Origin: Candidatus Oxydemutatoraceae bacterium
GTDB lineage: Bacteria; Pseudomonadota; Gammaproteobacteria; Poriferisulfidales; Oxydemutatoraceae
Assembly (NCBI GenBank): GCA_965218975.1
Contig: OZ244717.1
Span: 1,280,001 to 1,344,000 of the forward strand
Length of the DNA stretch: 64,000 nt
Reading direction: 5' to 3'
Part shown: positions 41,106 through 51,619 of the stretch, piece by piece
How the letters are laid out: each line of letters opens with the position of its first letter
Position numbering within the stretch: the stretch's first letter is position 1
Made by a program: the position numbers and the translations under genes
Notes under the pieces: model-generated
What the model was told of the DNA's origin: nothing
The model's input: only the letters and a program-made list of their open reading frames with translations
Database searches by the model: none

Positions 41106-42754
41106 TCTTCAACCACTATTTGACTCCCGATTAATTCAACCATTTCATCGGAACTGATTGCGGCATTTTTATATTGCATGCAGCGGTAGCGATCAAAATG
41201 CGGTCTGATGTACTTCTCAATCGATCGATCGTAATCAGGTTTTATCACATGTGTATAAGTTGTCGGAATTGCTTTGATTCGACCGTCTTCAACCGCTAAT
41301 TCCCCATTTTTGAATACATAAACCGGATGGCTAAACATTACTTCAACATTATCGCAGGGTTGATAAACGGTGATATCGGCATCCGCTCCGACCCCTAAGT
41401 GTCCTTTTCCGCTAAGACCGAGAATTTTTGCCGGAGCGGCACGTGTCATAATCGCGATTTCATACAATGAGTATTCTCGGTCAAGCGATGACAAGTGCGA
41501 CATCTTGGCGGCAGCCGGATGGATGGCGGCAAGCATGTCACCGCGAAAACTTTTATCCATCAATAGACGGATTAGATGCGGGTAGCTGGTGAATGGCGCA
41601 CCGTTGGGATGGTCGGTAGTCAAAAATATTCGCCACGGATCGTTCACCATTAAAAATATTTCCAACCCGATTGCCCATTGTAGTGCGTTGACGAAATTTT
41701 TGTCTTTGTATTTAAATGGTACGATGCCGCACCCTGCTTCACATTCAATATCAACAATAGTCCATTTTTTTGGTGAGGCATGAATATGCTGAGAGTACTG
41801 CCTCATTGAATCGCCTGATACGGTAATAGTTTGGCCGAACATAATCTGACCGACATCGGCGGTTACATTCGCGTTTGCATTAATCAGTTCGGCAATTTGT
41901 GCGGCGCTTGATGAAAAGCCACGTTTTCCCTCATTGCCATAACTGTGAAATTGTACATGCGCTAAGTGTATGCGGTGTCCGTTGGCGGCTTTGACCGTCT
42001 CTATCGTAGAGTGGTAATTGCCCGCGCTACCTAAGTTGCTGGCATGGACATGCAACGGATGGGGAATGCGAAGCGCATCCACTGTACGTGCTAAGGTTTG
42101 GATGATGTCACGAGGTGTCAAAGGATAGTGCGTGGTTTGCGTATCAACATCTAGTTTGCGCTGGTTAAATTTGAATGCGTTGATTCCACCGGGATTGACA
42201 ACTTTGATACCGATACATTGCGTTGCATCTAACACCCATGCCACATAACTTCGGATTATTTCCGGATCGGTACCGGTGGCAAGCATGTCCAGGAAAATAT
42301 CGTCGTTACCCAACATCACATAACCACCGGTATCAATCATCGGTATATCCGCCATCTCTATGTGTGCATGTCGGGCATTGACCGGAACGATCGCAGGTTC
42401 AAAACATGCGGTATAACCCATTTGTGCATAGCGATAGCCGGTCACCGCTGTCGTCGGAGTGATGTTTCCGCAGCCTGAGCGTGAGAGATTATCGGCAACC
42501 CATAAATTATTCGTGTGGTCTTCGGGCATCATTACTCGAGCAATATTGCCTTTTCCGCCGCCGATATGTGTATGCATGTCGATTGCTCCGGCCATGACGA
42601 TTTTGCCGCTGATGTCGTACTCCTTTATTTTGCTGTTGTCGTTTGATTCGGGAGGAAGGGCGATTTTTCCATCGCAGATATAAATGTCACGTATTTCGCC
42701 GTCCGTTTTAGACATCGGATCATAGATTTTGCCGCCGGTCAGCTTAATTAACAT
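41090..42754 (-). CDS. fhcA: Formyltransferase/hydrolase complex subunit A (FwdA-like amidohydrolase)
   Basis: IDMHTHIGGGK, KVVNPGG, HPLHVH, TTDHPNG. Confidence 0.95.
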   Translation of the reverse strand: MLIKLTGGKIYDPMSKTDGEIRDIYICDGKIALPPESNDNSKIKEYDISGKIVMAGAIDMHTHIGGGKGNIARVMMPEDHTNNLWVADNLSRSGCGNITPTTAVTGYRYAQMGYTACFEPAIVPVNARHAHIEMADIPMIDTGGYVMLGNDDIFLDMLATGTDPEIIRSYVAWVLDATQCIGIKVVNPGGINAFKFNQRKLDVDTQTTHYPLTPRDIIQTLARTVDALRIPHPLHVHASNLGSAGNYHSTIETVKAANGHRIHLAHVQFHSYGNEGKRGFSSSAAQIAELINANANVTADVGQIMFGQTITVSGDSMRQYSQHIHASPKKWTIVDIECEAGCGIVPFKYKDKNFVNALQWAIGLEIFLMVNDPWRIFLTTDHPNGAPFTSYPHLIRLLMDKSFRGDMLAAIHPAAAKMSHLSSLDREYSLYEIAIMTRAAPAKILGLSGKGHLGVGADADITVYQPCDNVEVMFSHPVYVFKNGELAVEDGRIKAIPTTYTHVIKPDYDRSIEKYIRPHFDRYRCMQYKNAAISSDEMVELIGSQIVVEECLSP

Positions 42755-44025
42755 GGCCGGTCTATCAGATTAAATAATCGCGTCAATATTTCCGCTGTCG
42801 ATTGCAGAGTACTATTGCGGATTTTCTGTAAAGGCAGCGAAACAATAGAATCGGTGCGAAAAAGATGTCCGGCATGATCAACCCCCGGAATTCCCGCAGG
42901 GATAAAAACGTCAATGTATTTGTCCGACGGCATTGCCGGATGTGCAATAGCGATTGTCGGCTGCTCTGCTTTAGGCGGGGGGGCCGGATCAAGCGGTGAA
43001 ACCCATATCAATAAGTCGGCCTCCTTACTGTCGAGTAAACGCTGTCCATCGAATCGTAAAATATCGTATTGCGGGAACCCTGCGGCAAATGAAATGCGAT
43101 TTTGATAACCGCATTGCCAAGTTGCGACATGATAGAAACTGATATCGCCACGCGAGCCGCCTAAGGGCATTGCGACGCATCGCACAGTACGGTTGATGGC
43201 TTTGATGGTTCGACTTAACGTTTCAAGCAGCAGCTCCGGATAAGCGCCCTCAAACTCAGCTGCCGACCAGATGATTGCCGAATAGCCGGATTCAAGCAGA
43301 TCTTTTGACAATTGCGATATTGCGCTTGCCGATGCGGTTTTATTTTCTTGAAATGGTGATTTGGCAGATAGAGCAGCACTTAAATGACGTATGCGATCTC
43401 CGAATTCTTTAGGCTCAGTATGGATAACACGATGGCGATAAGACTTCAATGCGCTAGGTACTGCAGTATTTTGCCAAGGCCCGATTAACACGAACTCAGG
43501 GTCTTCTTTACGAAACAATCCGCCATGCTTTGGTACCAGTCGTTCAATGAGGCGCGGGAATCGGGTGAGCGGATATGCGCCGAAGATAACAATAATTTCA
43601 GCGCGATTGGCGACTTCGGAAAGCGTTCCCATAATCCATCCTTCATCTTGCATAACGCGGGTGTTATGCAAGCTGTACCGGCTATTGATATGATCAATAA
43701 CCCCACGGCATCGTTCCGCTAGTCGAACGGTTGCTTTAGCGCCATTCACATCAACCATAAGACCATAAAAAAGCGGATGATGTGCATCGTTTATTAATTG
43801 TGCCGCCGCTTGTAATGCTTCATCAAAGTCGGCGGTAATGTTTCCGATACGATAATCGGGAGTCGTTGCAAACGATGCTTGCTGATAGCAGTCACGGCAG
43901 TACTGTGGCAGTGAAGTGTCGGCCGTTATATTGGTTCCCTGAACAGTTAATCTTAAGTCTTCACACGCAAGTCCGCAAAACGGGCATACGCAGTCATTAA
44001 AGTTTATAGGCTCTTGTGTCGTCAT
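42748..44025 (-). CDS. fhcB: Formyltransferase/hydrolase complex subunit B (FwdB-like)
   Basis: CPFCGLACEDL, TLSEVANRA, PGVDHAG..FRTD. Confidence 0.92.
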   Translation of the reverse strand: MTTQEPINFNDCVCPFCGLACEDLRLTVQGTNITADTSLPQYCRDCYQQASFATTPDYRIGNITADFDEALQAAAQLINDAHHPLFYGLMVDVNGAKATVRLAERCRGVIDHINSRYSLHNTRVMQDEGWIMGTLSEVANRAEIIVIFGAYPLTRFPRLIERLVPKHGGLFRKEDPEFVLIGPWQNTAVPSALKSYRHRVIHTEPKEFGDRIRHLSAALSAKSPFQENKTASASAISQLSKDLLESGYSAIIWSAAEFEGAYPELLLETLSRTIKAINRTVRCVAMPLGGSRGDISFYHVATWQCGYQNRISFAAGFPQYDILRFDGQRLLDSKEADLLIWVSPLDPAPPPKAEQPTIAIAHPAMPSDKYIDVFIPAGIPGVDHAGHLFRTDSIVSLPLQKIRNSTLQSTAEILTRLFNLIDRPC

Positions 44026-44489
44026 AGTCGGAAGAAATTAATTGGCGCGGTATTTTCTCTTAGTATATCGTGGGGAGTATTATAACGAATTTTTTTAATA
44101 CCTTATTTTGTGAACTTTAGTGGCGATTTGACTATAAAAGTGTTATTTATTGGATTTATCAAGCAGAATTTTGCAAAAGGAGACGGCTTGGCACAGTTTT
44201 TTTAGGCCCTGCAGCTTATTGAACCATGTAGAGGGGAGACTTGAAAGTAACGGATCATGCTATTGCGATCAAACGACAGCACTCGCGTATTTGCCCGGGG
44301 ATAATTTCATTATTTCTAAAATAGCGACTCTCTTTGTATTGAAGAGAAGGTTTGTTTGATCGGATTTTGGCTTAGGTTGAAGTCCCACATCCCGCTGCCG
44401 CCAATAAGCGATGTTTTATTTAACGATACGCATTTAGTCCATTCTAAGGTCAATTGGGGCCAGACTCGAGTGCAGCAACCTGGGGGGGC

Positions 44490-44561
44490 GATGTGTTGAT
44501 ATTGCATGTCAGTCACCTTTTCGAGTCGTGCCGTGAGTCCCATATGTATCTGGCACTATAC
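44490..44561 (-). mobile_element. Solo left end of an IS481-like element
   Basis: GATGTGTTGATATTGCATGTCAGTCACC...CATATGTATCTGGCACTATAC is near-identical to 50427-50498. Confidence 0.75.
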
Positions 44562-45213
44562 CGTGCGCACCTATAAAGCCATTGCCTTATCTGGTAAATG
44601 TATCGCTTGACGCGTCCAGAAACCTCCTCTGACATATAACGACCAATATAAGGCAGAGCTCGTTTATATTCCTCCTCATGACTTACGCGATCAAAGTATG
44701 CGTCGCGCTTTTGCTTTTCAGGTTCCCTTATCCGCTTATAACGAAAAATTAAATCACCTTTACTGCGGTTACCATCCCAGCTTCTTCCCCGTCCTCTCAT
44801 TGACAGTTTCCTCAACTCCTTATCCCCCTCAAAACCATCATAAAACACAATTAATCTCAGATGTTGTGAATCAACTTTTGAGCCTTCTCGGTTTGATTAG
44901 TGATCTTCTCATAACTTTTGCGATATAGACAACATTCGCGGTAATCCCGAATAAGGAATAATAGCGAATCGACACCTTCTGCCCCAGAAAACAGCCTGGC
45001 ATTTGCCTTATGGCTTTTGTAAAACAGATACTCTAAATGCGGATTTACATGCGCTAGAGGATGAGAGGTCAAAGGAAAAACATTGCGATAAATCGGTACA
45101 TCATTCTTATTGCTTCTAATCCCACAAGTCGGATAGCCGGTGAGATATTCAATGATAAACCGCACCCAGTGATTCCCGCTATGGGGATAACTCAAGAGAA
45201 CATTTTTACCCAT
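44562..45213 (-). pseudogene. Sulfotransferase-like P-loop protein, frameshifted near 44855 and abutting an IS end
   Basis: LLSYPHSGNHW (5'-PSB-like), KSH, LIRD..E (3'-PB-like); continues in another frame as FYDGFEGDK. Confidence 0.5.
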
Positions 45214-45430
45214 GATGTTCCCCTATTAATAAGTCTATACCTAAGACCATGTACTATGAACCCTTAACCAAGACAGGTAAGTGAGAGATCAACCCCATAG
45301 CATTGTTCTGTATTGCCCAATAAGACGTTTTGTGTGCCCATAAGGTTCTTTTAGTTACAAGTTTCCTCAATACATGTACCACATAAGCACGAGTGCATGT
45401 TTGGGGCGGAATGCTATACATGGTGTAAGT

Positions 45431-45469
45431 AAAAAGCGGCGCGGTGATTGCAGACCGTCGCGCCGCTTT
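45431..45469 (-). terminator. Intrinsic terminator of the catalase gene
   Basis: AAAGCGGCGCG...CGCGCCGCTTT stem followed by a T-run on the minus strand, about 30 nt after the stop. Confidence 0.65.
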
Positions 45470-45497
45470 GACAAATGAAATCGGAAGCCGTCGTTTT

Positions 45498-47018
45498 CTA
45501 GCCGACAACCCTGCTATCTACGTTCATATCCGACTGTTGTTCCGGGGGAGGACTTTTTGTCTCACTCATTCCTAATGCTTGTCTGGCACCTTCCCCGTAA
45601 CCGGGGTCGGCAGCGTCAAAATGAGCAAGTTGTCGTTCAATAATCTCCCGCGGGACACTTTGCATTGCTTCGGCAATATTCCGGAACAGACGTTGTTTCT
45701 GCTCACTGTCGAATAAGCGGAACAGATTACCCGGTTGAGTATAATCGTCATTTCCTTCACGGTGATTGTAGCGATCAGCCGATTCGCCTGATAATTCAAG
45801 CGGCGGCTCCCGATAAGCGGGATCTTCTACCGGACCGTTCATGCTATTCGGTTCGTAGTAAGCGTCCGGATTGCCCACGTCGTTGCGGAAGAAGCGCATG
45901 ATGCCATCCTTATTATAATGGTGCATCGGGCACTTCGGCGCATTTACCGGCATTGCTTCATAGTGTGTGCCAAGTCTGTAGCGATGAGCGTCGGCATATG
46001 AAAAAATACGTGCCTGTAACATTTTATCGGGCGAAAAACTGATGCCGGGCACGATGTTAGAGGGGGAGAATGCTGCATACTCGATTTCAGTAAAGTAGTT
46101 ATCCGGATTACGGTTCAATTCCATTACACCGACATCAATCAATGGGAATTCGGCGTGCGGCCAAACTTTAGTCAAATCAAAAGGATTATACGAAGTTTGT
46201 TTTGCTTGCTCCTCAGTCATCACCTGAATTTTTAAGTTCCATTTCGGAAAATCGCCCTTTTCGATGCTGCCATACAGTTTTTCTTGGTAGCTTTCACGGG
46301 TTTGGCCGACCACTTTTGCCGCTTCGGCGTTGGTGTGGAATCTATGTCCTTGGCATGTTTTGAAATGGAACTTCACCCAATGCCTGACGCCATCAGCATT
46401 GATCAGGCTAAAAGCATGGGAGCTATAGCCGTTCATGTGCATAGGCGAAATCGGCAAACCGCGGTCGGACATTAGGATCGTTACTTGATGTAGACTTTCG
46501 GGGCTCAGTGACCAGAAATCCCACATCGCTGTCGGGCTGCGCAGATTCGTTTTGGGATGGCGCTTCTGCGTGCGGATGAAATCCGGGAATTTATAAGGAT
46601 CGCGGACAAAGAAGACCGGAGTATTATTTCCAACCATGTCCCAGTTTCCTTCTTCCGTGTAGAATTTCAACGCGAAACCACGGACGTCACGTTCAGCATC
46701 GGCAGCGCCGACTTCGCCGGCAACTGTTGAAAAACGTGCTAGCATCGGAGCCTGTTTTCCAACTTTAGAAAAGATAGCTGCTTTCGTATATTTTGTGATG
46801 TCGTGTGTGACGGTAAATGTTCCGTGGGCACCCCAACCTTTCGCATGTACGACCCTTTCGGGAATACGCTCGCGATTTTGATGCGCTAGTTTTTCGATGA
46901 GTTGATAATCTTGCAGCAGAAGTGGACCCCGTTTCCCAGCTGAAATGCTGTTTTGGTTATCGGCAACCGGATTACCTGCTGAAGTGGTAAGGGTTGGCCG
47001 CTTATGTCCATTTTTCAT
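45498..47018 (-). CDS. katA: Monofunctional heme catalase (small subunit)
   Basis: [39 protein letters not shown]; AGGAG RBS before ATG 47018. Confidence 0.95.
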   Translation of the reverse strand: MKNGHKRPTLTTSAGNPVADNQNSISAGKRGPLLLQDYQLIEKLAHQNRERIPERVVHAKGWGAHGTFTVTHDITKYTKAAIFSKVGKQAPMLARFSTVAGEVGAADAERDVRGFALKFYTEEGNWDMVGNNTPVFFVRDPYKFPDFIRTQKRHPKTNLRSPTAMWDFWSLSPESLHQVTILMSDRGLPISPMHMNGYSSHAFSLINADGVRHWVKFHFKTCQGHRFHTNAEAAKVVGQTRESYQEKLYGSIEKGDFPKWNLKIQVMTEEQAKQTSYNPFDLTKVWPHAEFPLIDVGVMELNRNPDNYFTEIEYAAFSPSNIVPGISFSPDKMLQARIFSYADAHRYRLGTHYEAMPVNAPKCPMHHYNKDGIMRFFRNDVGNPDAYYEPNSMNGPVEDPAYREPPLELSGESADRYNHREGNDDYTQPGNLFRLFDSEQKQRLFRNIAEAMQSVPREIIERQLAHFDAADPGYGEGARQALGMSETKSPPPEQQSDMNVDSRVVG

Positions 47019-47207
47019 AAAACTTCTCCTAAAAGTAATTGATACTATAATAACAATAATACTCAATTAATGTCGTTCATTCAATAAATATAGAATTTAT
47101 CAATTCATAAATTATTAAAATATATAGATAATTTACTAAAGTTCATGTACGGTGCACTCCAATAGGATTTTTGAGGGCTTTAAAAGAAGCGTCCGGCAGT
47201 AACATTC

Positions 47208-47731
47208 GGGCGAGACGCGCCCGGAAGACCAATTGGTTTTCAGCGGCGAACGACCCGACAAGGACGTCGGGGCTGGGGCTTGTTGGCAGAACCAAATCTC
47301 GTCATGGATAACAGGCACTTTGCCGACAATCCGGCACAATCCGCCGACAATCTGCTACCAAACACAAAATGGGTGAGACGCGCCCGGAAAACCAAATGGT
47401 TTTCAGCGGCGAACGACCCGACAAGGATGTCGGGGCTGGGGCTTGTTGGCAGAACCAAATCTCGTCATGGGTGAGCCGTGCCCGGAAAACCGAACGGTTT
47501 TCAGCGGCGAACGACCCGACAAGGACGTCGGGGCTGGGGCTTGTTGGCAGAACCAAATCTCGTCATGGATAACAGGCACTTTGCCGACAATCCGGCACAA
47601 TCCGCCGACAATCTGCCACTAAACACAAAATGGGTGAGACGCGCCCGGAAAACCAAATGGTTTTCAGCGGTGAATGATCCGACAAGGACGTCGGGGCTGG
47701 GGTTCATTCGCAGAACCAAGTCTCGTCATGG
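47208..47731. repeat. Tandem array of four 98-bp hairpin-rich units (47208, 47371, 47469, 47632) with two near-identical 63-bp linkers
   Basis: Unit GGGTGAGACGCGCCCGGAAAACCnnnnGGTTTTCAGCGGCGAACGACCCGACAAGGACGTCGGGGCTGGGGCTTGTTGGCAGAACCAAATCTCGTCAT; 261-bp higher-order period. Confidence 0.92.
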
Positions 47732-48089
47732 ACGACAGACACTTTACCGAAAATAATGAAGGAGCTGCTAGGCAATGACTTGACACGGGACCATATCGTT
47801 TAATCCCCGGTGGAGGTGCCCGCCGTTGTAACGTTGCGGGTAATTGATCATCTGCCGGTTAGACTCACCGATGTCTTCAGGCAACCGCACTTCCCGGCAG
47901 GCTGTCGTTCTTCGTCAAATGTGCTCGGTGACATCCTGGTCCGCAGTTTCCCCCGAAACGGCAAGCTGGTCACCGATCGGCAGGGAACGCCGGGGGGACG
48001 CCATGTGTTGCGGCCGGGCCATGTTTGTCCCGGAATAGCAGGGCTTCAAGTTTCTGCTGGGCTTTGGTTCTTATCGTCGTCTCTGTTTT

Positions 48090-50002
48090 CTTGACTTCAT
48101 AGGTTTTGGCTCGTAAGTGATTGATATTATTGCCCTCATGATTCTCAAGGGCACTACATTACGGTGTTGTTTGTAGCCCTCCGCGCTCAGCTTCCCCCAG
48201 GACGTGACTTGTCGGGAAGCGGGAACGGAGCTTCGTTCCATTTCAGGCCGACACTACGGTAGATCCTATTGGCGTCCGCACTCGCGCGGCTCGGCATCGC
48301 ATACCGCTTCTGTGTGTCGGTACGTACCAAGATGCTCAACTGCAAGGTGTCGAGCTCGCGCCGGGTCCGTTCCGCGCTCATCGGGAAGCCCAGTGCCTTA
48401 AGCCGCCGGCGCAGCTGCTGCAAACAGCAGAAGGCCATGTAGCAGATCGCAATGTGTGCCTGGATACGCCGCGGCTTCCAGTGAAAGATCGGGCGGATGC
48501 AAAGGTCATGCTTGTTGGTGCGAAAGCAATGTTCTACTTCTCACAACCGGCGGTACTGCGACAGCAACTCCTTCGATGCCGTCTCCTCGTTGCCGTGCGC
48601 GATGATTGCGCGCAGGCCGTCCCAACGTGCCGCATCGGCCACCTTGGTCACATCAATCTTAACCCGGCCCTTTGCAGGGAAGCTTAAGTAACAGGCATAG
48701 CCGCGCGACACGAAACCTGCCGGGTGCTCGCTGCGTTGATACTTCCGGCGCAACTGTGCCAATATGCGTTCCCGAACTTCCCGGTCCTTGCGCGTGCGCC
48801 GGCGCGAATAGGTGACTATGATCCGCCGACCTTCGTGGCGAATCATCCGGTAACGCAGGTCCTGCGTTTTGAGCCAGCCTTGATCGTCTGCTGCACTGAG
48901 CGCCTGCAGCTTGATCTTGGCCGAGGCCGACTTGAGACGATAGCCGAGCACATAGGCCAAGCCCTGCTCCTGCAGGAATGTCTGGTTCTCACGGCTCAGC
49001 ATCGCCGCATCGGCCACTACTGTAAATACAGCACCCGGATGTCGCTGTTGCAGGGTTGTCACTGCCTGCATCAAGGTCTTGCCCTCAAAGGTGTTGCCCG
49101 GCAACAGTGCGTAGTCCACCGGCAGACCGTCGCAGGTCGTCATCAGTGCCAGCAACACCTGGCAGCGGTGCGGTTTGCCGTCCTTGCTGTAGCCCTTTGC
49201 GCGCAACGGGTCCTCTTGCTCGCTCTTAAAGTACAGGGTCGTGCAATCAAAGAAGAACACTTTGAGGGGCTGATCATACAACTTCTGTGCCGCCTGATGA
49301 GACTGTTCCCGGATGCGCGCAATCACCGCCTCCTCAAGGTGGTCCATAGTCTGGTAAACCCGGTCGAGATTGAGCGAAACGCCGCCGCTTCGTTCCAATC
49401 CGCACACCGTGGCACGCTTGCTCTGCGGCTGCGCGATACGCGCCAGCACCAGCTCGCGCAGAATGCGGTTGGCTGCCGTACGCCGTGCACCCAACACCTG
49501 GTTCCAACCCAGGTGCGAATAAATCTGCGTGAACGCCTCGCGCACCCCAAGCATCAGCCGCATCTCCTCACGGCATTCGGCAAGATCTACCCCGAAGCGC
49601 GCCAGCCGTGGTGCCAGCCGCGCCTCAGCTGCGAGATCCGCGTACTGCTTCAGTGTGAACAGCGACTGCTGTGCTGTACCGGCTTGGCGCAGCTCTTCCA
49701 AGGTGACCTCGCCGAGCTTGCGCAAAGATGCAAGCTGCTCGGGACTGTCGGCAGTGCCGATATGCCGCACCACACGCTGACGGGGACCATCGGCAGTGCG
49801 CACGGAACGTACAATCTGCAAGCGAGTGCGGCTACGTTCGGGGGCATATTTTTCACGCAAGTACATAGACCCGAATGATAACCCAAAACTAAAGTGAAAA
49901 TAAGTCTGAGGGCACTACAATAGATTTTTCGGCGGCACCCGGATAACCCTATGATAATAAAGGATTTATTTTTCCCCAAAGGTCAAAACCTACGAAGTCA
50001 AG
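48090..50002 (-). mobile_element. IS1634-family insertion sequence
   Basis: 19-bp terminal IRs CTTGACTTCATAGGTTTTG / CAAAACCTACGAAGTCAAG (1 mismatch); visibly GC-richer than its flanks. Confidence 0.85.
48187..49866 (-). pseudogene. IS1634-family DDE transposase with nonsense codon at 48541-48543
   Basis: FFDCTTLYF, GYSKDGK, VVADAAM; L*EVEHCFRTNKHDLCIRPIFHWKPRRIQAHIAICY continues in frame. Confidence 0.88.
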
Positions 50003-50637
50003 AAAGCCGTCCTCTACATGGACGCATGCATATAGATCCTGCTGAGAGGTTGAGGTTGGAGCAGTTAAGAATTGATCAGGGATTAGCTCGGCATTGTAAT
50101 GCTTGTAAGAGATAGCTGAATCCCGCAAAAATCCCCATAATACTGCAACTTCCCTTCCTTCAACCTGTGCCTGATCAAGTCGGTATTTAACTTTGGTGTT
50201 TTAGTATCCCGCTTTGTCGCAGTCTTGCAAGGCACTGAGCCCAGTGCGGGTGATAGCACTGACGCCACCGATACAAAGTGAGGCAGCTGACCTTGAATGC
50301 GTTCGGGAGTTACAACCCTCCCAAAATAATAGGGCATCATATTTCTGTTGAGCCGTTGTGTTCATAATAGCCTCTATTTTTGAAGCAAAATTGGCTATTT
50401 TATAGAAACCTTTGATGCGGTGGCTGATATGTTGATATTGCATATCGGTCACCTTTTCGAGTCGTGCCGTGAGTTCCATATGTATCTGGCACTATACAAC
50501 GAAATTCGCACGTCGGTTATGCAAGGTATGTAATCGGCTGGCGGACTCATACAAACGGTGGTTATGCTGCCGCATCCGATTATAATAGCCGTATTCATGC
50601 AATATGCTTTTGTAATCTCAAATTAAGAATCTAGCAC

Positions 50638-51609
50638 GTGGCGGCAATTTCTTCGGTAAAGCCTTTTATTGTTCGGGCGCCTGCCCGCCTGCATTTTGGT
50701 TTTTTGGACCTGCATGGCGGTATCGGTCGACGGTTCGGCGGTTCGGGTATGGCGCTAGTCATGCCGATGTTAAGAATAAAAGTGCAGCCGGCGTCAACAT
50801 TTGTCGTAAGAGGAGAGGCCAATGAGCGGATTCAAGCGGTTGCCAAACATTTATTTAATTATTATCAATGTGCGCCGTTTGGGGATTTTGAGGTACAAAG
50901 GACAATTCCCGAGCATCATGGCTTAGGTTCGGGCACACAAACCGCATTAGCAATGGGACATGCCATTGCCCGTTTATGCGACATTAGGAGCAATAGCATA
51001 GCCATCGCACAACAAACCGGCAGAGGTAGGCGTTCCGGTATTGGCATTGGTGCATTTGATTGTGGCGGATTTTTAGTTGACGGTGGGAAAAAGGGACATG
51101 AGCCGGCACCGATTATCGCGCGTATCGGTGTGCCTCGATCATGGCGCGCAATATTGATCACCTGTGTTCAGGACGTTGGGGTCCATGGAGTGGCGGAAAA
51201 AAAAAGATTCGATAATTTACCTGATTTTTCCGAAGATGACGCAAAATTCTTGTGCCGCATTCTGTTGCTTGGTATCTTGCCGGCGTTGGTGCAAGGCGAT
51301 TTCGGCACGTTTGCAAGAATGTTGACTCGGATGCAAGATAAAGTCGGCGATTACTTTGCTGCAGTGCAAGGCAATCGTTATGCAAATCCAAAAGTTTGTG
51401 AAGTGTTGGAATATTTGCGTAGACATAATGTTCAATGTACCGGTCAAAGTTCGTGGGGACCCACTGGGTTCGTGTTGACACCAAGTATAAACGTTGCACG
51501 ACGAGTGGTAGATTTAGTTCGTGCACAGTTTGACCGGGATTCCGGTATCCGTGTGAGCATTACTCAGGCAGATAATCAGGGTGGATTTATTTCAAACGAC
51601 AACATATAG
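50638..51609 (+). CDS. mptG: Beta-ribofuranosylaminobenzene-5'-phosphate synthase (GHMP fold)
   Basis: APARLHFGFLD, H.GLGSGTQ, GRG.RSGIG, GGFLVDGG, GQSSWGPTGF. Confidence 0.9.
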   Translation: MAAISSVKPFIVRAPARLHFGFLDLHGGIGRRFGGSGMALVMPMLRIKVQPASTFVVRGEANERIQAVAKHLFNYYQCAPFGDFEVQRTIPEHHGLGSGTQTALAMGHAIARLCDIRSNSIAIAQQTGRGRRSGIGIGAFDCGGFLVDGGKKGHEPAPIIARIGVPRSWRAILITCVQDVGVHGVAEKKRFDNLPDFSEDDAKFLCRILLLGILPALVQGDFGTFARMLTRMQDKVGDYFAAVQGNRYANPKVCEVLEYLRRHNVQCTGQSSWGPTGFVLTPSINVARRVVDLVRAQFDRDSGIRVSITQADNQGGFISNDNI

Positions 51610-51619
51610 GTGAAACGTT

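Larger units (their letters stand above)
47146..50498 (-). mobile_element. IS481-like relic (both ends present) interrupted by an IS1634-like insertion
   Basis: Left end ...GGCACTATACA at 50498 with MQYQHISHRIKGFY stub; C-terminal relic RYNGGHLHRGLNDMVPCQ near 47770-47840; right end TGTACGGTGC at 47146. Confidence 0.65.

Noticed and set aside
47208-47731. CRISPR array
   Set aside because: The units are 98 bp, the linkers are near-identical or absent rather than unique spacers, and there are no cas genes in the window
47136-47756. Many short ORFs over the repeat array (also at 15227-15692 and 63672-63933)
   Set aside because: They are repeat-derived translations in several frames with no RBS or protein motifs
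6163-48543. Stop-codon reassignment or programmed readthrough explaining the in-frame stops
   Set aside because: The stops are of mixed type, occur only in accessory genes alongside frameshifts, and core genes end normally at TGA, TAG and TAA
48724-49878. 384-aa plus-strand ORF
   Set aside because: It is the antisense shadow of the GC-rich IS1634 transposase and has no recognisable motifs
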